Below are positions 9,479 to 16,432 of a stretch of DNA of 64,000 nucleotides, piece by piece. Within the stretch, counting starts at the first letter, position 1. Each line of letters starts with the position of its first letter. The translations under genes and the position numbers were made by a program. The stretch is from Bryobacterales bacterium. GTDB taxonomy: Bacteria; Acidobacteriota; Terriglobia; Bryobacterales; UBA6623. The notes under the pieces were generated by a model. That model worked only from the letters and a program-made list of their open reading frames with translations. It ran no database searches and was not told the DNA's origin. The stretch spans positions 3,053 through 67,052 of the forward strand of contig CBDBZZ010000069.1 in assembly GCA_965213745.1 (NCBI GenBank). Direction: 5' to 3'.

Positions 9479-11390
9479 ATGGGATTGCTGAACCTCGCTC
9501 TGGGCCAGCTGCTGGGCCTGTTCCTGCCTTTGGCGGGTCTGCTGGTCGCTCTGTACTTCTACGACCGTTCGCGTCGCAGGGTGCTGGTGTCGACGCTCCG
9601 CTTCTGGCCGAAGCGGCCCGCCCCGGCCGTCCGCCGCAGGCACCGCCGGATCCAGCACCCCCTCTCCCTGCTACTGCAGCTGGCCGCCCTCCTGCTCCTG
9701 CTGCTCGCGGTGGCCGACCCACGGCCCGCGGCGCTAGCTGGGGGGGGAGCGGCTGCGGGTCGTTTTGCTCGACACCTCGGCGGCCATGCGGCAAGCCGCT
9801 CCGGGAAGCGTCCGCCTGCAGGAGCAAGCCAAGGCGCTGGCGCTGGAGTACATCGAGGCGGCCCCTGCCCGAGACCGCATCCTCTTGGTCGAGGCCGACG
9901 GCGCCCCCGCCGTCCGGATTCCGTTCACCCGGGACCGCCAGCTGCTCCGCGAGGCCATCCTCGCGGCAGAGCCCGGCTGGACCGCGCTGGATCTCGAGGC
10001 GGCGACCGAACTCGCTGCCGGAGCGCTGCGGTTAGCCCTCGACGCCGACGGCGCACGGCTCCCGGACCGCCCTGCGGGCGACGAGGCGGTGTACATTGGG
10101 CCGGGCCAGATTGCCGGGCCGAGCGTGCGCGAGAGTGCGCTGCCGCAGCTGCGCTACCTCGAGACTGAGGCACCCCGCGACGAAGTGGGGCTGGTGTCCC
10201 TCCGCGCCGCAGCGGACCCCGCCGAACCCGCCAAGTGGGACATTCGCCTGACGGCGCGGAACTATCGCCCGCAGCCGACGGAAGCCAGCTTTGAGTTTTA
10301 CTTCGCCGGGCGGCGGCTCGGCGGACGCCAAGTGCGCCTTCCCGCCGCCGGGGAAGGGCAGCTGCATTTCACGCTGCGCACGAGGCGGCCAGGCCGGTTG
10401 CTGGCCCGGGTGGCAGAAGAGGCGGGCTACGACGGCAACAACGAAGCAGCTGTGGAGATCCCGACCCGGGATCCGATCCGGCTGCAGATCCTCGGCGCAT
10501 CCCCCGCAAACTTCGAGCCCCTGCTGGCACCGGGCGGGCGGATCGAACCGGAGTTCGTAGACTCCCGCAGCGAGCTGGAGGCCGACGCGATCCACGTTTG
10601 GGCGCGCGGAGGAGGCGAGGCACCCTCCCGGCGTGCCATCTACCTGGCTCCTCCCGGCACCGCCTCGCCGGCCGGCGAGGCGGCATCGGCCCGCGACCAG
10701 CGGATTGACGAGTGGTCGCCCTCCCATCCTCTGGCGACGGGTATCCGAGACCCGGACCTCATGCCGTCCGAGACGCGCGTATTCGAGGTCGGGGCAACCG
10801 ACGAGGTTGTCGCCGGTACGGCCGGCGGACCGGTCATCCTAGCCCGTTCGCAACCAGGCAAACGCTTCGTAGCTTTCGGGTTCGACTTGGCGGACGAGTC
10901 CGTGCGAGGGCGGCTTGCCGCCCCGCTACTGTTCGCCAATGCGGTCAACTGGCTCGCTCCCGACGCCTTCCGTCCGGAGACCGTCGAAGCGCGGCCCCCG
11001 GGAGCGATCGCGATCGAAGCTCCGCATGCGGACCGGAGCCAAGTCGCAGTGCGGACGGCGGCCGGGGAATCGGTGCCCTGGCTGCTGTCGGACGGAGCCG
11101 TGCGGTTTTACGCAGGGGAGCGGGACACCTACAAAGTCACCACCGCCGAACGGAGGATCACCCTGTTCCTCAATCAGCCCGAGCTCGGAGAGGCAGCGTG
11201 GGAGCCTCCTGCGACGGTGGCCCGCGGCCTGCCTCGGGCGCGGGCAGCTGGCGACCCGTGGGCTCCCTGGCCATGGCTGGCGGCTCTGGCCGCGCTCATC
11301 CTCCTGGCCGACTGGATTCGCTTCGGGCGCGGCAGGCATCTCGGGCCGGCGAACTCGCCAGCCCCCGCGAGCGGAGAGGCGGCGCAGTGA
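9479..11390 (+). pseudogene. BatA-like protein (N-terminal double-TM 'aerotolerance' domain plus large periplasmic region), frameshift in a G8 run
   Basis: ATG 9479 lies 4 nt after the DUF58 stop. N-terminus MGLLNLALGQLLGLFLPLAGLLVALYFYDRSRRR..RFWP is BatA_N-like. The frame shifts at GGGGGGGG 9740-9747 into ORF 9765..11390 (..RVVLLDTSAAMRQ..). There is a C-terminal TM helix. Confidence 0.65.
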
Positions 11391-13843
11391 GCATCCAGCA
11401 CACTTGGCCGCTCCTGCTCCTCGTTCCCTTGGGGCTCTGGTGCATCTGGGAATGGCACCGCAGCCCGCGGCGGCTCGGACTGCTGCTGAAGGGGCTGGCC
11501 CTGGCGGCAATCTGCCTAGCCCTGGCCCGGCCGCAATGGGACATCCGCGAGACCTACGCGGCGGTAGCGCTGCTGAGCGACGCGTCCCAGAGCGTCCCGG
11601 ATGAGCAGCGTGCGCTGCAGAGCGCTTTCCAGGGCCGCGCGAAGGCCGCGGCCGGCGGCCATACCTTGCGGGCTCTGGAGTTCGGAGCATTCCCGCTGCG
11701 CTCCGTGCGGGGCGGCGAGGCTAGCCGGTCGACCAACCTGGAAGCCGCGATCCGAGACTCCTTGAGCTCCCTGCCGGCAGACCGCGTTCCGCGCCTAGTG
11801 CTGGTCAGCGACGGGCTGGCCACCGAAGGGGCGGTCGAGCGGGCCGTCTATCAGGCTTGGCGGCAGCGCGTCCCGATCGATACCGTAAAGCTCGCGGGGC
11901 GCCCCGAGCCGCAGCTCAGCCTCGCGGCGGTCCGCATGCCACCCCAGGCGTTCGCCGGCGAACGGTTCCCGATCGAGCTCGAGGTGGAGAGCCCCGCGGC
12001 GATGCCGGCCCGCCTCGAGCTGAGCGCCGACGGGCAGGCCATCGGAGGGGAAGATCTGCGCCTGGCGGCGGGGCGCAGCGCAGTGACGGCTCGCGCCAGG
12101 ATCGACGCGCCCGGGACGGCGTTGATCGAAGGTGTCCTGTCCGCAGGGGCCGGCGAGGAGCTGCGCTTCGCGGGCGCAGTGTCGATCCGCCAGCCGCGCG
12201 CTTTGCTCATCTCTGCCGACCCGGAAGAGCAGAACCAGCCCCTGGCCGAAGTGGCCGGGGCGGCGGGCTTCGAGTTGGAGCGCACTCGCCGGCCCGAGGC
12301 GCTGATCCGGGAGCACGCCGGGGCGTACGACGTCATTCTCTGCTCCAACGAGGACTTCGGCGGCTGGCCGCAACCGGTGAAGGAGAAGCTGGCCGCCTTC
12401 GTCAGAGAGGGCGGCGGCTTCCTGCTGGTCGCCGGCGAGCGGAACTTGTATCGCGAGCGGGCCGCAGGCGCAGAGGACGCCCTGGAAGCGATGCTGCCCG
12501 CCACCCTCGCGCCGCCGAGGACGCCCGAGGGCACGGCGGTGGTGCTGGTAGTCGACAAGTCCTCCTCCATGGAGGGCAAGAAGATGCACTTGGCGCGCCA
12601 GTCCGCGCTGGGGGTGGTCGAGAACCTGCGCCCGTTCGACAGCGTGGGGGTGCTGGCCTTCGACAACTCATTCGAGTGGGCCGCTCCGCTGCGGCGCAAC
12701 GAACTCCCGGCCGAGACGCAGCGGATGATCAGCGGGATCGTAGCCGACGGCGGCACCCAAATCGCGCCCGCGCTCAGCGAAGCCTACCGGCTGATCCGGC
12801 CCCAGGAAGCCGTCTACAAGCACATCCTGCTGCTGACCGACGGCATTTCGGAGGAAGGCGACAGCATCGCCCTGGCCCGGGAGGCTGCGGCGAACGAGGT
12901 CACCATTTCCACGATCGGCCTCGGGCAAGACGTGAACCGCTCGTACCTCGAACGCGTGGCGAAGAGCGCGGACGGGCAGTCCTATTTCCTGCTGGACCTC
13001 TCGGCGCTGGAGCAGATCGTGCTGAAGGATGTGATGGAGCATACCGGGACGGCGGTCACCGAGCGCGAGTTCCTGCCGTCGGCGAGCCGGGACTACGAGA
13101 TTCTCCAAGGGCTCGACTTGGCAGAACCGGGGCCCCTGCTCGGCTGGGTGAAGTTCGAGGCCAAAGCTGCGGCAGAGACGATCCTGAGCGCTGGGGACGA
13201 AGACCCGTTGCTGGTCCGCTGGCAGTTCGGGCTGGGGCGCTCAATGGTATTCGCCTCGGACGCCAAGGATCGCTGGGCAGCCAACTGGGTTACCTGGGAC
13301 GGCTTCGACACCTTCTGGGCCAACGTGCTGCGCGATGTCCTACCGCGCACGGCGCCCACCGAGACGGAGACGGAGTACGACGCGGCCGCAGACGAGATCG
13401 TCGTGCGCTACCGGCCTTCGGCGCGGCTGGGCGCGACGGAGCCGCCGGAGTTGTTCGCCGTGGGTCCGGGCGGCTACCGGAGCGTCGCGGTGCCAGTGCC
13501 GGTCGGGCCCGGCTACGAAGCGCGCTTCCCAGCGGAGGGCCGTTACGGTTTGTTCCGCGTGCGGCCCGCCGAAGAGACGCGAGGCTTTCCTGAGGTCGCG
13601 CACTACCGCGAGAACTCCGAACTGCTGCGGTACGGAGCCGACGACGAACTGCTGCGCTCCATCGCGGCGGCGACCGGCGGGCGCTCCAACCCGGCCCCCG
13701 AGGAGGTTTTCGCGGCCGGCGGGCGCACCGTGGCGCGGCGCATGGACCTGTGGCCTCTGCTGCTAGCCTGGGCGATCGTCCTCAATCTCCTCGAGTTGCT
13801 GGCCCGCAAGGGGTGGCTGCCCGTGCTGGGCAGGTGGGCGTAG
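11387..13843 (+). CDS. Membrane-anchored von Willebrand factor A (VWA) domain protein, BatB-like
   Basis: GTG 11387 overlaps the upstream TGA (GTGA). N-terminal TM helices. VWA/MIDAS block VVLVVDKSSSMEG...ADGGTQIAPAL...ILLLTDGISEEGD. C-terminal TM helix. The upstream 225 codons of ORF 10712.. overlap the previous gene and are not counted. Confidence 0.75.
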   Translation: MSIQHTWPLLLLVPLGLWCIWEWHRSPRRLGLLLKGLALAAICLALARPQWDIRETYAAVALLSDASQSVPDEQRALQSAFQGRAKAAAGGHTLRALEFGAFPLRSVRGGEASRSTNLEAAIRDSLSSLPADRVPRLVLVSDGLATEGAVERAVYQAWRQRVPIDTVKLAGRPEPQLSLAAVRMPPQAFAGERFPIELEVESPAAMPARLELSADGQAIGGEDLRLAAGRSAVTARARIDAPGTALIEGVLSAGAGEELRFAGAVSIRQPRALLISADPEEQNQPLAEVAGAAGFELERTRRPEALIREHAGAYDVILCSNEDFGGWPQPVKEKLAAFVREGGGFLLVAGERNLYRERAAGAEDALEAMLPATLAPPRTPEGTAVVLVVDKSSSMEGKKMHLARQSALGVVENLRPFDSVGVLAFDNSFEWAAPLRRNELPAETQRMISGIVADGGTQIAPALSEAYRLIRPQEAVYKHILLLTDGISEEGDSIALAREAAANEVTISTIGLGQDVNRSYLERVAKSADGQSYFLLDLSALEQIVLKDVMEHTGTAVTEREFLPSASRDYEILQGLDLAEPGPLLGWVKFEAKAAAETILSAGDEDPLLVRWQFGLGRSMVFASDAKDRWAANWVTWDGFDTFWANVLRDVLPRTAPTETETEYDAAADEIVVRYRPSARLGATEPPELFAVGPGGYRSVAVPVPVGPGYEARFPAEGRYGLFRVRPAEETRGFPEVAHYRENSELLRYGADDELLRSIAAATGGRSNPAPEEVFAAGGRTVARRMDLWPLLLAWAIVLNLLELLARKGWLPVLGRWA

Positions 13844-14014
13844 GCTCGACGGGTCGGGCCCGGCTCCGGCACCTGCCGGCCGGCCAGCCGAACTCCGGAG
13901 GTGACGCCGAAGCTGCGGCCGGTGGGGCGCAGCCCGCGGGCACGCGCGCACTCAAGGCGCAACGGGTCGGCGACAAGGCCATTCGCTTCCGGTTGCTATG
14001 CTGAGGGAAAGAAG

Positions 14015-14254
14015 ATGAGCGTCCGGATGTACAGCACGCAGTGGTGCTCGGACTGCTGGAGGGCCAAACGCTTCCTTCAGGAGCACGGTGTCGCCTACGA
14101 AGAGATTGACATCGAGGACGATCTGCAGGCGATGCAGCTTGTCATGCGCCAGAACGACGGGAAGCGCAGAGTCCCCACGTTCGAGATTGACGGTAGCTAC
14201 TACGGCAACCCGAGCATTCCGGATCTGGCCGGCCTAGTGGGCGTTTCGATCTGA
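14015..14254 (+). CDS. Glutaredoxin/NrdH/mycoredoxin-like small thiol-disulfide oxidoreductase
   Basis: ATG 14015 after GAGGGAAAGAAG. 79 aa with a CxxC motif (WCSDCW) and RRVPTF..DG, typical of the glutaredoxin fold. Confidence 0.7.
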   Translation: MSVRMYSTQWCSDCWRAKRFLQEHGVAYEEIDIEDDLQAMQLVMRQNDGKRRVPTFEIDGSYYGNPSIPDLAGLVGVSI

Positions 14255-14315
14255 AGTCCCGGGCGGCGGAGACCCGGCAGCAGAAGGGTTGCTACGAGAC
14301 CCGTTGAAGGGGCCC

Positions 14316-15317
14316 ATGCACGACGCGGGCACGGATTCCCTGCGATTCGCCCAGGCCCTGACCCTGCAACGCCTGGAGGCCGCAGCGGCCCAGATCGAGT
14401 GCGTCCGCAGCGAGCCAACCCCGGAAACGGTACATGACTTGAGGGTCTCCATGCGGAGGCTCCTCAGCGCTCTTGCCTGCTTTCAAGGGGCTTGGGACGC
14501 GCCGCAGGCTGGACGGCTGCGGAAGCGACTGAAGTCCTTGATGAAATCGGCGGCGGCCGTCCGGGATCGCGACATCACTGCGGCGCTGGCCTGCGAGGCC
14601 GGTGTCGCGGCCAGCTCTCCCCTGGCCAGGGGCCTCCAGCATCAACGCGAACTCGCGGCCCGGAGGCTGGCTGAGCTCCTGTGCCGCAGGCGCTACAGCT
14701 CTTTCCTGGAGCGCTGGACTGCGGGGCTCGGCTTGGTCGGCTGCACTCGCTCGACACGCCCAGCCCCGGGAGCGACATGGGACCTCCGGATCAGCCCGGC
14801 GGCGAACGCGACGCGGTTGCTGCCTCCTCTGGCAAGGGGCTTCCTGCAAGTGGGGCGAGATCTCTGCTACCGATCACCGACGCTAGCCGAGCTCCATGGG
14901 CTGCGCCTGGCGGGAAAGCGCCTGCGATACACTCTGGAACTCTTTCAGGGTTGCTACGGGCCGAGCCTGCAGGTCCAACTCGCAGGCCTCAAGCGGCTCC
15001 AGAGCTGCCTCGGGGCGCTCAGCGACGCCGACGCAGCGGAGGCCTTGACCAGAGGCTTGGCATCGCCGGGCGACACTGACGCCCGACGCATGCTCGCATA
15101 CCTCAAGGAGCTCCGCGCCACCAACATGGCGAGATTCCAGGACCTGTGGAGCGGCGAGTTCGATTCCGCCGCAGCAGAGGCCTCTTGGACTCACGCGTTG
15201 AAGATGCCCACCCGGCCCAGTCCCAGGCCGGAAGGCCCGGCACTTGGGGGAGAGTGCCGCGCTGCTCACGCACCACCGCCACCAGGCCGACCGCCTAAGC
15301 GCCGCAGACTGTCTTGA
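14316..15317 (+). CDS. CHAD domain protein
   Basis: Helical, Arg-rich ORF with a CHAD-type signature (VHDLRVSMRRLLSAL, LHGLRLAGKRLRYTLELF). The start is taken at the first ATG (14316). Confidence 0.6.
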   Translation: MHDAGTDSLRFAQALTLQRLEAAAAQIECVRSEPTPETVHDLRVSMRRLLSALACFQGAWDAPQAGRLRKRLKSLMKSAAAVRDRDITAALACEAGVAASSPLARGLQHQRELAARRLAELLCRRRYSSFLERWTAGLGLVGCTRSTRPAPGATWDLRISPAANATRLLPPLARGFLQVGRDLCYRSPTLAELHGLRLAGKRLRYTLELFQGCYGPSLQVQLAGLKRLQSCLGALSDADAAEALTRGLASPGDTDARRMLAYLKELRATNMARFQDLWSGEFDSAAAEASWTHALKMPTRPSPRPEGPALGGECRAAHAPPPPGRPPKRRRLS

Positions 15318-16248
15318 GGAAGAGGTCCAGGAATCGGTCCGCGTCGACCGCCATCGCTACCTCAACGGAGGAGGCACCGCCCGCCCTCTCGCTGCGGTTC
15401 AAGATTAGGGATCCGCGGGTCAGCCCGGGATCCGCCACGACGTCGCACGGCAGACACTCCGTCCGCACCAAGCCTGGATCGATCGCCGCGGCCACCGCCA
15501 GAGGATCGTGCAGGACGCAAGCATCCGCGGCATGCTCCCTGCGCCCGAAGTCGAAGCAGGGCTTAGCCACGGCCGCCAGCAACCTGCGGCGCCGGCCGTC
15601 GGGCATGGCCTGCCACCACCGGTTGAAGCGGGCCTGGGGCAAGAGAGCGGCCTCGGTCACGTTCAGGCCGACCAGCGTTACCGGGAGTCCGGATCGCACC
15701 ACAGCGCGCGCGGCGGCCGGATCGGAGTAGAAATTGAATTCAGCGCACGGGGTCACGTTGCCACGGCCGTCGGCGGATCCACCCATCACGACCAGCTTGC
15801 CAATGCTCGCCATGGCCTCGGCGTCGAGGTCGAGCGCCACGGCGACATTCGTTAGCGGACCGAGTGCGACCAAGACAAGCTCGCTGCGATAGCGCCGGGC
15901 CAAGTCCACGATTGCCTCAGGCGCTGGCTTCGGGGAGACTCGCAGCCGATCGATAGGAAACTCCCTCGCTACGCCGCCGAGCCCGTCGGGCCCGTGAACG
16001 TGCGCGGCCCTCGCAACCGGGGGGCTGAGCGGCTCGGCGCACCCTGCGAAGACATCGGGCGCGGGGTCCACATCCAGAGCCTCCAGGATGCGGAGGACAT
16101 TTCCCGTGCAAACCGAGAGCGGCATATTCCCCGCCACCACCGAAATGGCCCGGACATCGAGCGCCTCGGACCGTAGCGCCAAAGCCAGGGCCAGCGCGTC
16201 GTCCAGGCCCGGGTCGGCATCGATGACGGCTGGTTGAGGCCCACGCAT
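15295..16248 (-). CDS. Nucleoside hydrolase (IUNH family)
   Basis: Start ATG at 16248 (MRGPQPAVIDADPGLDDALALALAL), giving the DxDxxxDD-type aspartate cluster of inosine-uridine nucleoside N-ribohydrolases. 318 aa. The upstream 95 codons of the ORF are GC-shadow. Confidence 0.8.
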   Translation of the reverse strand: MRGPQPAVIDADPGLDDALALALALRSEALDVRAISVVAGNMPLSVCTGNVLRILEALDVDPAPDVFAGCAEPLSPPVARAAHVHGPDGLGGVAREFPIDRLRVSPKPAPEAIVDLARRYRSELVLVALGPLTNVAVALDLDAEAMASIGKLVVMGGSADGRGNVTPCAEFNFYSDPAAARAVVRSGLPVTLVGLNVTEAALLPQARFNRWWQAMPDGRRRRLLAAVAKPCFDFGRREHAADACVLHDPLAVAAAIDPGLVRTECLPCDVVADPGLTRGSLILNRSERAGGASSVEVAMAVDADRFLDLFLKTVCGA

Positions 16249-16432
16249 AGATCGCTCGCCAACGGTACTCGCAACGCCCGGATTCGAACTGTCGACACCT
16301 TGCCGGCGCTCAGGCGATCGGCTTGACACGGTCACGCCCGTCGCACGGGAGCCATGTCGCCGCGCCCATCCGGCATGCAGCCACCACGGGGTCCGGAAGT
16401 CTAGTGTGGCACAGGCTCTGGTCGCTGCGGGC

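Noticed and set aside
10712-11386. N-terminal extensions of several track ORFs: 10712.. for the VWA gene, 21663.. for the permease, 635.. for the sulfatase, 15295..16533 for the hydrolase, 5921.. for M16-2 and 16433..19192 for FecR.
   Set aside because: The extensions overlap upstream genes or are not protein-like. Internal starts with RBS-like sequences, signal peptides or stop-start overlaps give family-typical N-termini.
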